DNA of 64,000 bases from a virus. How positions within the stretch are numbered: position 1 is the first letter of the stretch; the number at the start of each line of letters is the position of its first letter. This document shows positions 9,408-24,801 of this stretch, piece by piece. The notes beneath the pieces were generated by a model. That model was not told the origin of the DNA and ran no database searches. It worked only from the letters and a program-made list of their open reading frames with translations. The stretch lies in IMG/VR virus record IMGVR_UViG_3300042549_007727. The stretch is one strand, 5' to 3'. Position numbers and translations under genes: made by a program.

Positions 9408-12086
9408 ATGGAAGAAGTAGATTCCGCTACTGGAAGGCTAAAAAATGGAGCCTTATGGTACGCCAATAATGGCTGGAAAATACTTCCTGTACATGGAATT
9501 GTAGATGGCAAATGTACTTGCGGACGCCCTCATTCTGAACCCAAAGATATTGGTAAACACCCAGCTATAAATGCGTGGGACACCAAAGCTACCTCAGATC
9601 AAAATGAAATTAGTTCTTGGTGGGAAACTAATCCTGAGTACAATATCGGAGTTTTTGCCAGAGAGTCTGGCTTCCTAGTAATTGACATCGACCCACGAAA
9701 CGGTGGAGACGAGTCATTCTTAAAACTTGAAGCACTGGCATCTGGTGCGCTACCAAAAACTGTAGAAGCTGTCACCGGTGTATACAACGTAAACGGAAAA
9801 TCAGTAAGAGGTAGGCACTTAATCTACAAGTGCAAGCCAGGTGAAAAGTTTATCGGCAACTTTAAAAAAGCTGGACTTGACGGTATAGATGTAAAGTACA
9901 ACGGATACATTCTTATAGCCCCATCTAGACATTTTTCTGGTGTCAACTACTACTGGAAAGAGGGGCACGCTCCTTGGCAAATTGGAGAACCTGCTGAAGC
10001 ACCAGAAGAACTACTTGCCGTTATTAGGGCTTCGAGTCCAAGTAGCAGCTACACGGGTGGATCTAGTAGATATAAAGATGGCAACTGGGGGGCTTTTAAA
10101 GATCTAGAGTATGACGGCTCTAAGGTCGACATTGAAAAAATTCTTGGTGAGGGTCTTGTCGAAGGTGAACGCGCTGTTGAGATTTACAAACTAGCCTGTG
10201 CGCTAGCAAACAAAATGGGCACTGACTCGATCTCAAGGAGCGCTATCGAGTCAATGATGATTCGATTCAATGCAGAAAAAGTAAAGCCACCTATGGAGTT
10301 AGAGGGACCTAACTCGCTGCTTATGCACGTTAATAGAGCAATGGATTTTGTTGCCGGAAACCCTAAAGTAAATCTTAAGTGGGAAGGGATTTCTGATTGG
10401 GCAGCTACTAAAGGAGCCGACTGGGCGAGCAAAGCTCAGGAAGCTGCCACGAATAAGAGAAAAGAAAAACTAGTTGAAGAATCAGCTAGAGCAATTGAGA
10501 CGTTTGTTGGATCTACTAGTTATGAGGAAGCTCCTCCTGTAGAGGAGTCCGTGTTTATTGGAGATCGTGTAGCTAGTCTGGTTAAAAAGGGTATGTCTGT
10601 GACAGACGCTATTGGTGGCGGAAACTCCGGATTACCTCAAGACCAAGACGCGGTTGATGCTGAAGATGGTGGTGTTCTCGGGGACCGAAGCTTCACTGAT
10701 GTTGGAAACAGTCGAAGACTGATTGATACTTTTGGTTCTGCTATTAGATATACTCCTGGTTTAGGTTGGTTTTTTTGGGATGGTAATTATTGGAAACCAG
10801 ACTTAGAAAACCTAGAGCTACAAGAGCTAGCTAAAAAAGTTGCACCAGTAATCGCCGGTGAGATTAGCAATGTGGATTTAAATAGCACAAAAGCAAACGA
10901 GATTATTAACTGGGCAAAGCAAGCAAAGTCAAGCACCCGTATGACTAGCATGATAAAAAATGCTGTATCTGATAAACGAATCGGGGTCCCTATTGAGCAT
11001 TGGGACGGCGATGTTAATTTGCTTGGTGTAATGAATGGTGTAGTTAACTTAAAAACAGGAGAACTTCTATACGGTAGGCCTGATTTGTATATCACTAGAA
11101 GAGCTCCAGTTGCATATACTCCAGGATTAAAAAACGTTAAGTTTGAGCAATTTTTAGATTTTGCAACTAATGGCGATAAAGAGTTCCAAGAGTGGTTACA
11201 GAGAGCTGTTGGCTATACCCTCACGGGAAATAACAATCAGGACGTTATGTTTTTGGTTTACGGCCCTCCTGGATCGGGTAAAACAACGTTTGTTGAAACT
11301 ATTTTTAATGCTTTAGGCTCTAAACAATATTCTTGGACTCTAGATTCTTCGGTACTTGCTGCTGGAGACGGTCAGGCAAATAGGACAGATGAGTATCACA
11401 TGGCAGAGCTTAGAGGCCGCCGTATGATATGGGTCGATGAACTTCCAGAATCAGAGCGTCTCAAAGAAAACCAAGTCAAGAAGATGACTGGTTCTGGAAC
11501 ACTTTCGGGTCGATCTCCTGGAGAGCGCCCATTCACATTTACGTCCCAAGGAAAGCTTTGGGTTACCACAAACCACAGGCCCATTATTACGGACGATGCA
11601 ATGTGGCGTCGTTTAAGGCCAATTCCACTTACAAACATTCCTGAAAATCCTGATAAAGACTTGCGCCCGTATCTATCTGATCCTGAAGGTGGCCTACCAG
11701 CAGTTCTTTCTTGGGCTGTAGATGGAGCAATCAAATACCTAAACTCTTCCGCGAAAGACGCCTTGGGTTGGTGCACCATAGTACGCGAAGCAGCTGATGT
11801 ATATAGGAAGAATGAAGACAGAATTGGCTTGTTTTTTGAGGAAGAAACTCAGCAGGCTAAAGACATATCTGTCACTATAGCTTCTTTATATGGACTATAT
11901 AGAAAATGGAGTGATACTCGCGGTGAGCGTGCAATGACTCAGATAGCATTCCAACGTAAACTAAGCGACAGGGCTATGAATATTGTTGGTCAAGGATCTA
12001 AAGCAGTTCTACATGGCTATGCCATACTACCTAGGGCTGTACCGAATTGGACCGATTCGGTTGCTGCTTCTCAAATAATGCTTTAA
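9408..12086 (+). CDS. Bifunctional primase-polymerase fused to D5-like SF3 helicase
   Basis: Prim-Pol motifs GKHP, NIGV, VIDIDPRNGG, GRHLIY; Walker A GPPGSGKTT; WVDELPE, TNHRP. Confidence 0.9.
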   Translation: MEEVDSATGRLKNGALWYANNGWKILPVHGIVDGKCTCGRPHSEPKDIGKHPAINAWDTKATSDQNEISSWWETNPEYNIGVFARESGFLVIDIDPRNGGDESFLKLEALASGALPKTVEAVTGVYNVNGKSVRGRHLIYKCKPGEKFIGNFKKAGLDGIDVKYNGYILIAPSRHFSGVNYYWKEGHAPWQIGEPAEAPEELLAVIRASSPSSSYTGGSSRYKDGNWGAFKDLEYDGSKVDIEKILGEGLVEGERAVEIYKLACALANKMGTDSISRSAIESMMIRFNAEKVKPPMELEGPNSLLMHVNRAMDFVAGNPKVNLKWEGISDWAATKGADWASKAQEAATNKRKEKLVEESARAIETFVGSTSYEEAPPVEESVFIGDRVASLVKKGMSVTDAIGGGNSGLPQDQDAVDAEDGGVLGDRSFTDVGNSRRLIDTFGSAIRYTPGLGWFFWDGNYWKPDLENLELQELAKKVAPVIAGEISNVDLNSTKANEIINWAKQAKSSTRMTSMIKNAVSDKRIGVPIEHWDGDVNLLGVMNGVVNLKTGELLYGRPDLYITRRAPVAYTPGLKNVKFEQFLDFATNGDKEFQEWLQRAVGYTLTGNNNQDVMFLVYGPPGSGKTTFVETIFNALGSKQYSWTLDSSVLAAGDGQANRTDEYHMAELRGRRMIWVDELPESERLKENQVKKMTGSGTLSGRSPGERPFTFTSQGKLWVTTNHRPIITDDAMWRRLRPIPLTNIPENPDKDLRPYLSDPEGGLPAVLSWAVDGAIKYLNSSAKDALGWCTIVREAADVYRKNEDRIGLFFEEETQQAKDISVTIASLYGLYRKWSDTRGERAMTQIAFQRKLSDRAMNIVGQGSKAVLHGYAILPRAVPNWTDSVAASQIML

Positions 12087-12089
12087 ATT

Positions 12090-13676
12090 TTAACCAGTCG
12101 GATCAGCCCAAAGCGAGCCGTTCCAAATCTTTACAGGAGCCTCTTCCCAGGTAGCACCGTTCCAAACTTTAAAAACACTTGGAACCCAAGCGGTGCCGTT
12201 CCAGACAGATCCTCCAGCTGATGGCTCTACTAGTATAGTTAAAAGCCCTGTAGTTATGGTTTCCGCGGTAGGCGTTGAAGCATTACTAGCTACAACTTTA
12301 AAGCTGTATGTCCCAGCAGCGGTCGGAGTTCCAGTAATTGCTCCGGTACCTGTATTGAGTGCAAGTCCTAGAGGTAGCGTTCCTACATTCTCGAGCGCAT
12401 AGCTAGCTGCGTTAGATGCAGATACCCCGTCTGTGTAAGGTTGACCTACTCTCACTGTTGTAGTGGTTAGTATTTCATCTGACCACACTGCTAGTCGTGC
12501 TAATGGAGCTAGAGTAAAACTTTTTTCTATGGTCTCGTTGTCTGCGTTTTTTCCAGTTATAGTAAAAGAAAAACTTGAAGTAGACGTTACAGTACCTGTT
12601 ATGGCTCCAGTGTTTGCATTAAGTGATAGTCCGGTGCCTGCGAGACCTACCGCTGAATAAGCATTAGTGGCAGCTGCATTTGTTGCGGTTACCTGGTCAC
12701 TATACGCAACATCAACCCTAGGTCGTCCAAGTGTATCGTCTGACCAAACAGGTAGTGGTTGACGTCTATTTAAAGTAAAAGTTTCTGATGCTTTTGCTAC
12801 TCCAGCCGAGTTAAAGGCATTTACAGTAAAATTAAATGTCTGCGATGCACCAGCGGTAGGTGTGCCTGCAATAACTCCAGTGCTTGTATTAAGAGTTAGT
12901 CCTGCTGGCAATACAGTGGATCCACCAACTAGTGCATACGGATTAGTTGTTCTAATTCCAGTTGCAGTAACTGTTTTAGTGTAGGCAGTTCCAACTCTTA
13001 CATCTTCTGTAAAAGAAGTGGTTGACCAAACCGCTAGCGGCGGGTTTACGGTAATGCTAAATGTTCTATCAGCTATAGCACCGTTGTTGTTTGCCCTAAA
13101 GGTAAAACTAGCTGTGCCAGTTGTTGTAGGGGTCCCCGAGATGGTGTTATTAGTGACATCAAACCCGCCAGTTGCGCCGCTAACCCCTGTGAGGCTATAG
13201 CTAGTAACTGGATCTGCAGTTACAGTAGCTGAATACTCATTTCCGACTGTAGCAGCTGATAGCGTTGTCCCAGTCTGCCATACCGGAGTGACAACCGGAG
13301 GCGGCGGCGGTGCGTTAGTATAGGTTCCAGACCCGCTGGCACTTCCTATAGTACCGGCATTAGTAACACTGCCACTAGTTGCAACAGAGCTAGCTGAAGT
13401 GCTTAATGTGCCGGACCTGATTGTTAGAGTTGTCTGAGTGTTACCTCTAAAATCAAAATTAAAAAGTACGTTAGTTGCTATAGTAGTTCCACCAATAGAT
13501 AGGTTGTATCTACCGGACCCATACGAGCTTGCTAGGTTATTACTTAAAGGATTAAGTTCAAGGGCATAAGTAAGTGTTCCCGGGGTTGTTCCAGATACGT
13601 CAAGCCTGAGCCTAAACTGTCTTCGAACAGGGCTTAATGAGTTTCCGCTAAAATTTGATGCCCAAACAATTGCCAC
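12090..13676 (-). CDS. Virion protein with putative Ig (He_PIG-like) domains
   Basis: Repeated LP.GL.LNT.TG.I.GTPT; C-terminal VWNG..W triplet. Confidence 0.75.
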   Translation of the reverse strand: MAIVWASNFSGNSLSPVRRQFRLRLDVSGTTPGTLTYALELNPLSNNLASSYGSGRYNLSIGGTTIATNVLFNFDFRGNTQTTLTIRSGTLSTSASSVATSGSVTNAGTIGSASGSGTYTNAPPPPPVVTPVWQTGTTLSAATVGNEYSATVTADPVTSYSLTGVSGATGGFDVTNNTISGTPTTTGTASFTFRANNNGAIADRTFSITVNPPLAVWSTTSFTEDVRVGTAYTKTVTATGIRTTNPYALVGGSTVLPAGLTLNTSTGVIAGTPTAGASQTFNFTVNAFNSAGVAKASETFTLNRRQPLPVWSDDTLGRPRVDVAYSDQVTATNAAATNAYSAVGLAGTGLSLNANTGAITGTVTSTSSFSFTITGKNADNETIEKSFTLAPLARLAVWSDEILTTTTVRVGQPYTDGVSASNAASYALENVGTLPLGLALNTGTGAITGTPTAAGTYSFKVVASNASTPTAETITTGLLTILVEPSAGGSVWNGTAWVPSVFKVWNGATWEEAPVKIWNGSLWADPTG

Positions 13677-13706
13677 TTACGCCACCGAACCTAAGCTTTG
13701 CATAAT

Positions 13707-14705
13707 CTAGAACTCTATCCAGACATCTCCAACTTGAATGGTGCCTGTTGGCCCAGTTGGCTGTAGACCAACATAAAGTTTTCTATACTCAGCTACAAGG
13801 GAGCTTCTGTAAAAAACAAAACCAGAAGACATGCTAACAGTTTGATCTGCGTATGAAAGTGGAAGATTCGCGGCCACCAAACCAGTAGCGCCTGTAGGAC
13901 CAGTTGCACCCGTAGCACCAGTAGCACCAGTAGGTCCTGTAGCACCAGTTGGGCCTGTTGGACCGGTTGATCCTTGAACTGCAGAAATAGTCACTTTAGG
14001 ATTAGTAAAGCTTGCTAAGAATCCACCACTTTGATCAAAGAATATAGATATGCTTATAAGCCCAGATGGCTCCAAAGAGATTACAGTACCGTCTGCGAAT
14101 GATGCAGGGTTAGCGGCGTTTATTACTCGTATAACTGAGCCAGCGACGAATGCGCCGATTTTGTTTAGAGTACCGACTAGGGTTCCTCCGCTATAACTGC
14201 TGATAGCTAGAGTTACGCCATCGTAGCCAACTCCCGCACTGCCGGTAGCTCCAGTAGGTCCGGTAGGTCCGGTTGGCCCTTCAATTGTAGAGTCTGCTCC
14301 TCTTTCTCCGGTAGGGCCAGTAGGGCCTGTAGGACCTTGAACTTGACCAATGTTTTCCCAGCCCGTACCATTCCAAACATAGAGAATACCATTAACTACG
14401 TAAGTATCCCCTATTTCATCTCCAGGGGTGGGGAGTGCTCCTGTAGAACCAGTTGAGCCCAGTATTCGTATGCCAGAGCCATCTCGTCCGGGGGCTCCGG
14501 TAGGTCCGGTTGGGCCTTGAAATCCAATTGAACCAGTTGGCCCTGTTGGACCAGGAACCTCGGAAGCAGCTCCGGCAGGCCCCTGAGGACCTACCGATAC
14601 AGAACCAAATATCTCCCAAACATCACCATTCCAGGTCCAAGATCTTTCGGACCCAATAAAAATTTGACCTACTTCGGGAGAGCCTGGAAAATCTAAAGCT
14701 GCCAT
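13707..14705 (-). CDS. Collagen-like fibre protein
   Basis: GPT/GAT triplets; N-terminal LDFP..P..G module; ends GDVWIEF. Confidence 0.8.
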   Translation of the reverse strand: MAALDFPGSPEVGQIFIGSERSWTWNGDVWEIFGSVSVGPQGPAGAASEVPGPTGPTGSIGFQGPTGPTGAPGRDGSGIRILGSTGSTGALPTPGDEIGDTYVVNGILYVWNGTGWENIGQVQGPTGPTGPTGERGADSTIEGPTGPTGPTGATGSAGVGYDGVTLAISSYSGGTLVGTLNKIGAFVAGSVIRVINAANPASFADGTVISLEPSGLISISIFFDQSGGFLASFTNPKVTISAVQGSTGPTGPTGATGPTGATGATGATGPTGATGLVAANLPLSYADQTVSMSSGFVFYRSSLVAEYRKLYVGLQPTGPTGTIQVGDVWIEF

Positions 14706-14708
14706 GTT

Positions 14709-17705
14709 TTATGCCTGTGCTTCTGTCCAAGAAATACGTCCAAGTATGTTTCCGGTACCGCTAGTTGCAACGTTGGTTACAATAATGGTCAAAACATCCG
14801 GTCCGTCTGGATAAATTTGTTCGTTTATTCTCTTGCTACCGCCGCCCAATACCGAGTTTCCAAGCTCTCGAACTAGGCTCAAATCTAGGCTTCCAGTTCC
14901 AGAAACGTAGTATCCTGCAACTACTTCTCCACCGAAAATTGGAATATCTCTAGCGCTAAAGTCAGCAATCTGAGCTAACGATGAGTTGGCCTGAGCTCCA
15001 ACACCACCAATAGCGTCTGTCCACTCTTGAGTGCCAGCTGCTGGAATGCCATTTAGTACAGCTCTAACTAGGAAGTTTCCAGTTGCTCTAGCAGAGACGT
15101 CTAGGCTTCTAAGAATAAGCTGCATCCTATTGACAATTTCTCTACCCCCAAACTCAGAGACTATACCGTTATCTACTGACGGGGCAATTCTAATTGCAAA
15201 CAAAGACCTTGTCTCTCCTGCAGCAATAGATACTGAACTTTTTTGTCCATATGTAAAGACAAGGGATTTGTCATCGTCATAGCCACCATCCATAATCACC
15301 GACGTACCCCAGTGGGAAACGGTAGGTGAAAATTCTGGAAAAGCATTCTCAACAATTACTGGTGCAGTGTCTGAATAAGTAAAGGTCTGCTCTACTGAAC
15401 TCATTGGTGCAAAAATTACTGCAGTTGGGTTAGCTGTGGTGGCTGCCTTACTAAATGTAATCTGACTTCCAGTAATGTCTGTCACAAAAGTTGCGGTAGG
15501 GAAGCTAGGGGATATCACTCTTTGCCCGATTTGAACATTAGCTAGGTCTCCGACAGTTACAACTGTTCCCTTTGAAGAGCCAGTAGCTATTGTCAAGTTT
15601 ACAGAAGAGTTACCAGTTTTTGCACGTGTAAGTCCTTGAAAAGTAGTTGCGTTTTTGCTGGAGTAGTTCATGGTTTCTACTTTAGTTCCAGTTCTTACCG
15701 TAATAGTTCCTGAATCATTAAAACTTGCAGTAGAGGCTACTGATAAAGAAGTTGCACTTGAGGACAAAGTACTAGTTGTTTTTGTGTATACCGGAACAGT
15801 ATTAGTTTCATACCTAGCAGGCAAGTTACCAGAGCGCATATAAGCCTCTAGGTTAACGTTGTTGTTTACCTCTTTATGTACGTAGGTAATCTCTCCATCT
15901 GTAGCCCTAAAGCCCCAACGGATAGCTCCCGCACCATACCAGGAATAGTCGATGTAGAACATTTGCATTCTGTTGAGATCAAGCTCGTAGCCAGTGAATC
16001 CAGTGCCATCTGCCTTATCTAGATTCCAGCTAGACTGAGGGATCTTTTTGTCAAAAGTCTTAGACATTGTTACGTATGTAGTAGTTGCTCCTCGATATGA
16101 CGGAGATATTGTTAAGCTAGTATCACTCTCGATACTTAGGATTTTATAGGACTGTCCGCGAATTACTACATAGTCTCCAGGATCTAGTTGACTGGTAAAG
16201 CTTGTTGGGAAATCGGGACCGGTCTGCGTTACTGTGTTCCCGCCCTGAGTTACAGATACTCTTCCAGATACTTGATAGGTTGAGTTTCTTTGTACGGCAT
16301 ATAGAGTGTCTCCGTCAAACTCAAAGAAAATACCGTTTTGCTCATCAAAAAGCCCAGCTCTAACTACTGACCCAGTCCAACCGCTAACTGTCATGTAATA
16401 TCTACCTGTAGCTTTTGCTGGTAGAACTATAGGAGCATCTACAGTAAATCTATTGTAAGTTAGTACAGATTTTACTGTGTAAGCTCTGTTATATCCGGTA
16501 GTAGTGGCATTTATAATATTAATCTCAGCGCCAGGAATTAAGTTGTGCTGTTCTTTTGTTTGAATAGTTATAATGGCATTAATGTTGTCGCATGATAACT
16601 CGTCAAGTTGGAATGACGGTCTCATCAAGCTTCCAGAGCTGTACTGTAGACCCTTACCAGACTGGTATCTGAAGTAACGACGTGTCTGTCTAATAGCTTG
16701 CTGATTATTAGAGTTTCCGTTAGTGGAAAATATAACTCCACCATCAAAAGGCCTATGAGCAAATGTGCCTTGAGGTCTTACAAATAATCTTGCAGTACCC
16801 CCTATAGTACCGCTCGGGGCGTCATCTGCATAAAAAATTATTTGTGTTGGGCTCAGTACTGTTGCAACTGTCCAGGACCCATTTGGTGGATTGGTAGAAG
16901 CTGTTGTGCCGGTCAGAGCAATTTCATTTCCAATAGAAAGACCGTGAGGCACTGTAGTGACTACGCTAACTGCTTTACCGGTGTTAGTTACTGTAGGAGC
17001 ACCACCTATTGGAGCTGAAACGTATGAAGTTGCTGAAAAAATTGAAGTTTTAGTTGTGTCAACTATGTCTGTAATCTCAGTAGTGTTTTGAGCAGTAGCA
17101 TAGTAGCTAAACTGAGCAGTACCGCCACCAGACTCGATTAAATATGTACCGTCTGCTGGCTTAACTAGGGTGTCAATTACAGTGATAATAGATCCATTTG
17201 GTGGTGCATACCCAGAAATTGCTGTACCATTTTGATCTCCAGCAGGCGATGTGGCTGCATTTGCTACTGAAAACGTTGTGGCAGATCCTACTTCTACAAT
17301 TTGATATAAACCATTATATGCAGCAGTAACATCTGAAATATTAACATACTCACCAATAACAAAATTGTGGTCTGTAGAGGTCGTGTATGTGACATATCCA
17401 GCAGCAGGCTGAGATGTAGCTATAGCTGAAACTGTCGCTGTTTTTGTTGTTAAATCTACTGTGACAATATTAGAATCTAGAGGCATTGTCATATCCGCTA
17501 TATTTTTTAGCGGAATGGCAGAGCTAAATGCAAAAGGCCTATTGTTGGTCATAGATAAGGACTCCCATTTGGTGCCCTGGGTTCCGTACTCAAAGTCGGT
17601 GTCGATAAGAGCTACAGGCTGGGATACTCTAAACTTACCTACTGGATCGGTGAACTCCTGAGAAGGGGTAAACTTTTGATCAAAGTTTGATAAAAATTGT
17701 GTCAT
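14709..17705 (-). CDS. Large virion structural protein, paralog A
   Basis: About 1000 aa, Thr/Ser-rich beta repeats (TT..H.L..G..I.I); ATG at 17705 overlaps the upstream stop; closely related to 32991-36029. Confidence 0.7.
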   Translation of the reverse strand: MTQFLSNFDQKFTPSQEFTDPVGKFRVSQPVALIDTDFEYGTQGTKWESLSMTNNRPFAFSSAIPLKNIADMTMPLDSNIVTVDLTTKTATVSAIATSQPAAGYVTYTTSTDHNFVIGEYVNISDVTAAYNGLYQIVEVGSATTFSVANAATSPAGDQNGTAISGYAPPNGSIITVIDTLVKPADGTYLIESGGGTAQFSYYATAQNTTEITDIVDTTKTSIFSATSYVSAPIGGAPTVTNTGKAVSVVTTVPHGLSIGNEIALTGTTASTNPPNGSWTVATVLSPTQIIFYADDAPSGTIGGTARLFVRPQGTFAHRPFDGGVIFSTNGNSNNQQAIRQTRRYFRYQSGKGLQYSSGSLMRPSFQLDELSCDNINAIITIQTKEQHNLIPGAEINIINATTTGYNRAYTVKSVLTYNRFTVDAPIVLPAKATGRYYMTVSGWTGSVVRAGLFDEQNGIFFEFDGDTLYAVQRNSTYQVSGRVSVTQGGNTVTQTGPDFPTSFTSQLDPGDYVVIRGQSYKILSIESDTSLTISPSYRGATTTYVTMSKTFDKKIPQSSWNLDKADGTGFTGYELDLNRMQMFYIDYSWYGAGAIRWGFRATDGEITYVHKEVNNNVNLEAYMRSGNLPARYETNTVPVYTKTTSTLSSSATSLSVASTASFNDSGTITVRTGTKVETMNYSSKNATTFQGLTRAKTGNSSVNLTIATGSSKGTVVTVGDLANVQIGQRVISPSFPTATFVTDITGSQITFSKAATTANPTAVIFAPMSSVEQTFTYSDTAPVIVENAFPEFSPTVSHWGTSVIMDGGYDDDKSLVFTYGQKSSVSIAAGETRSLFAIRIAPSVDNGIVSEFGGREIVNRMQLILRSLDVSARATGNFLVRAVLNGIPAAGTQEWTDAIGGVGAQANSSLAQIADFSARDIPIFGGEVVAGYYVSGTGSLDLSLVRELGNSVLGGGSKRINEQIYPDGPDVLTIIVTNVATSGTGNILGRISWTEAQA

Positions 17706-18885
17706 TATACGATTCTCCATCCATATGTAGATCCAACAAATCTAACTACTATCGATGCCTTATCGACGTTTAGAATCATGTTTTCAGCTCTTCCTTCGAT
17801 AAGTTCGTCTCCCCTACCTAAAATTAGACCATTTCTTTTGAAAGACTGCTCTAAGTCAATTATAGCAATAGAAACACCAATCTGAGGATCTTCTGGCAGA
17901 ATTAGAGTAAAACTTCCGTTACTTGTATCAACAAGGAAACCTTGATTTGCTAAGGCCGGGGCTGCAGGAGTTGCATTTATATAGCTCCAGTTTCCATAAG
18001 CAGTTCCTCCACCTACACCTACCCAAGCGTTGTCATAGTATATGTATGTGCTTCCAAGCTGAGAGTTAAACCAAGTATCTCCCTGCTCTGGATCTGCTGG
18101 TGGAAGTTCGCTAGTGTAGTAAACCGCATCCGGGCCGGTTGGACCGGTTACGTTGCTAGGAGCACCTGTTGGTCCCGTAGGTCCCATTGGGCCAACTATA
18201 GTGTCTCCCTTAGCACCAACCGCTCCAGTATCTCCAGTCGGGCCGGTTGCACCAGTTGGTCCTGTAATACTAGCACCCTGAGGTCCGGTTGGTCCCACTG
18301 AACCAACTGCACCAGTTGGTCCTATAGGCCCTTGAACTCCATTAAAACCTATAGCTCCTTGAGGGCCTGTAGCACCCGTTGGACCAGTGACCGTTGAGGC
18401 CGCTCCTGTTGCACCCGTAGCGCCTGTAGGACCAGTTGGACCAGTATCACCTATGCCACCGGGCTCTCCGACCAAACTTCCAATTTGTGCCCATTCAGAG
18501 GTAAACCAACCAAAGAGAGCTCCGTCAACTACATAAAGATCTCCCTCTTCACCTGTTGGATGTGCTAGTTCAAATTCTGCATATGTTTCGTAGTACCCCA
18601 AAATAACAAGAGGCTCTCCTATTGGGCCAGTAGATCCTGTTGCACCCGTTGGTCCAGTAGATCCAGTCGGCCCAGTTGAACCAGTAGGTCCTACTAAACC
18701 AGTTGCGCCTGTCGCACCAGTTGCGCCTGTCGGGCCTGTTGCACCAACAGCTCCGGTAGCACCAGTTGGGCCAATAACTCCAGTCCGGACAATACTCCAC
18801 ACGGAGCCGTTCCACTTCCAGGTGCTGTCACCTGAGGTAAATACGTCATTGATAGACGGGGAGTTTGGGAAATTAATAGCGGTCA

Positions 18886-18886
<1 letters not shown>
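17705..18886 (-). CDS. Collagen-like fibre with C-terminal T4 gp34-like repeat domain
   Basis: GPT repeats; [13 protein letters not shown]...GW C-terminal domain. Confidence 0.75.
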
Positions 18887-22720
<3,834 letters not shown>

Positions 22721-22792
22721 GCGACTGTCCCTCAGGATAGAGTATCCCTTATATTTTACCTGAGTTGCGCCATAGTGATTAACTAGAAGTGG

Positions 22793-23467
22793 CTAGCCTT
22801 GGGCATTACCCTGCTTCCACTCCTCCTGTTGAATTCTCTGCTCTTCTCGGACTTTTTCAATCTCTGCTTCCCACTCTGCTAGGCGCTCCTCCGAATACAC
22901 GGATTCGGCATAGTCCCAAAAAGCCCCTATAGTGTGCCGGGTCCCTGATTCTACCTTTTTAACCTGATGCACGTTTAGGATGCCTCCGGGGAACGTAATT
23001 AGCTGCCCGGCTTTAGGCTTAATTGTCAGATCGTGATCACGGAAGTCTAGCTCCCCACCCTCATAATCATCATTTATATATAGAAGACATACCAATTTGC
23101 TCTTTTCCCAGGCTGACCAGTTGCCTTCCATATCTGTGTTGTCAGAGTGGAATGGTGCATATGCACCTTTTTCCCACTTCTGGGCATGATTAGAGACTGA
23201 CTTTACTGGACGTTCATGGGCATCCTCTACATACTCTTGGAGCCTGTCAGCAAGTTTACCCAAATAGTCTCTGGGTAGCCCGTATTTTTCTAGGTTTGGG
23301 TCATCTGGAAGAATGCTCATGCCATATGACTCATAAAAAGCTGACATACTCCATGGGTGATCTGGGTCATTAAAGTAGTTTATAATTTTTTGTTGGTCTT
23401 CTAGCGGGATAAAATCATCATAATAAATGATGTCATCTTTAAAAAATTGTTTATTTTTATCTGTCAT
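22793..23467 (-). CDS. 2OG-Fe(II) oxygenase (prolyl-hydroxylase-like)
   Basis: HSD, YINDDYEGGEL, H...GTR. Confidence 0.9.
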   Translation of the reverse strand: MTDKNKQFFKDDIIYYDDFIPLEDQQKIINYFNDPDHPWSMSAFYESYGMSILPDDPNLEKYGLPRDYLGKLADRLQEYVEDAHERPVKSVSNHAQKWEKGAYAPFHSDNTDMEGNWSAWEKSKLVCLLYINDDYEGGELDFRDHDLTIKPKAGQLITFPGGILNVHQVKKVESGTRHTIGAFWDYAESVYSEERLAEWEAEIEKVREEQRIQQEEWKQGNAQG

Positions 23468-23924
23468 TTTTACTATCTCCTGTGTAGCCAGTATTTAGGA
23501 AAAATCTTTCTGGGTCAAAACGCTGGTTGTCTTTAGAGAACAGCTTAACAGTCTCTAGTATTAGATAATTGTAACTGTCCGAAGCCATACCGTCTTTTAT
23601 GCTATTAAGTATCTCCGACATTTTATTGTAGTCATCTCTAACAAATACGCACTCTCCTCCCCGGGGTCGTTTTAATATCTTTTCATGAACTCTACCGGTA
23701 GGTTCATATAACGTTACAGTCAAAAATTCCTTAGCAAAACCCCAGTCTGTGTAGGCTGCGTAGCCAGTTGCGGCGTCTATTGCATTGTCATAAAAGTATA
23801 TAGATCTGGCTGGAGACTCCCCGTCGCGGGCAACTGTGAGCATGTAAGAGTCTCCAGCGCCTCTAGATACTTTAGCTTTATATTCTTCAACAAGTACGCC
23901 ATTGATAGCGTTTAGTTCGTTCAC
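23457..23924 (-). CDS. Hypothetical protein within the oxygenase array
   Basis: 155-aa ORF overlapping both neighbours. Confidence 0.65.
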   Translation of the reverse strand: MNELNAINGVLVEEYKAKVSRGAGDSYMLTVARDGESPARSIYFYDNAIDAATGYAAYTDWGFAKEFLTVTLYEPTGRVHEKILKRPRGGECVFVRDDYNKMSEILNSIKDGMASDSYNYLILETVKLFSKDNQRFDPERFFLNTGYTGDSKNDR

Positions 23925-24799
23925 TCTAAATAGCTATCTTTTAGTTCGCCTGACTCTAAGAGTCTGTAATATTCTCCAATAGTCATTCTTTGGTGGAGTA
24001 CCGGATCTTGAATGGTTAAATCTCTTCTTTTTCTTCTAACTTTTTCAAGCTCTTCGAAAGCTGGACCGTATTTTTCTTTTAATCTTTTATAGTCTTCAGA
24101 TGCTTCCTCTTCAAAAATCCAATACAGTCGGACCATATATTTTGAGGCTTTTTTAATATTCATTACCCCGTGGTAGTACGGCGGGGTAGATGGGAACATT
24201 AAGATATCTCCTGCTTCTGGTTTGTAAAATATTTCTTTGACTACCTTTTTATTGTCTTCCGGGTCAGTTATTCTAAAGTTTATATCCCCGCCCTCATAGT
24301 CGTCATTTAGATAGACAACTGCAGTTATCCCAAACTTTTCTCCTGGGTACTCTGCTATTTCTTGTTGGTAGTCTGTATGATGTCTCATGGTTCTACCATC
24401 GTTGTCCGCCTCGTTAAACTCTGGTACATCTGGAAAATACCTAGCAACCCCCCAAGTTGGAGCCTTCCATGACGGCAAATAAGTTTTAGTTTCGTTTATG
24501 TATATGCTTGACGCATCATAAAAAAGATCAGCAATCTTTCTTTTATAGGGGTCTGGTTCTTCGGAAAACTCCTTAGTCCAGGCTTCTTTAGTCGGGAATT
24601 CTGTGGTTGTGCCCCAAGAGAGACCTGAATCAGCTATCATTTCCCCAAAAATAAACCAAGACACCCAGCGGGCTTTTTGCTCTGGGTCTGTAAGATAATA
24701 ATCTATATATTCTTGAGGATTTTTTACCCATTTATTAAAAATCCATATTTTATCGTCTAGTTTTTTTATATTTAAACTTTCTAAGGTTGTATCATCCAC
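23921..24799 (-). CDS. 2OG-Fe(II) oxygenase
   Basis: HTD, YLNDDYEGGDI, YHGV...SKY. Confidence 0.9.
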   Translation of the reverse strand: MDDTTLESLNIKKLDDKIWIFNKWVKNPQEYIDYYLTDPEQKARWVSWFIFGEMIADSGLSWGTTTEFPTKEAWTKEFSEEPDPYKRKIADLFYDASSIYINETKTYLPSWKAPTWGVARYFPDVPEFNEADNDGRTMRHHTDYQQEIAEYPGEKFGITAVVYLNDDYEGGDINFRITDPEDNKKVVKEIFYKPEAGDILMFPSTPPYYHGVMNIKKASKYMVRLYWIFEEEASEDYKRLKEKYGPAFEELEKVRRKRRDLTIQDPVLHQRMTIGEYYRLLESGELKDSYLE

Positions 24800-24801
24800 T
24801 T

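Noticed and set aside
9408-12086. Intein in the long primase-helicase (or in nrdE)
   Set aside because: No Cys/Ser...His-Asn intein boundaries or LAGLIDADG motifs seen; the extra length is a linker between domains
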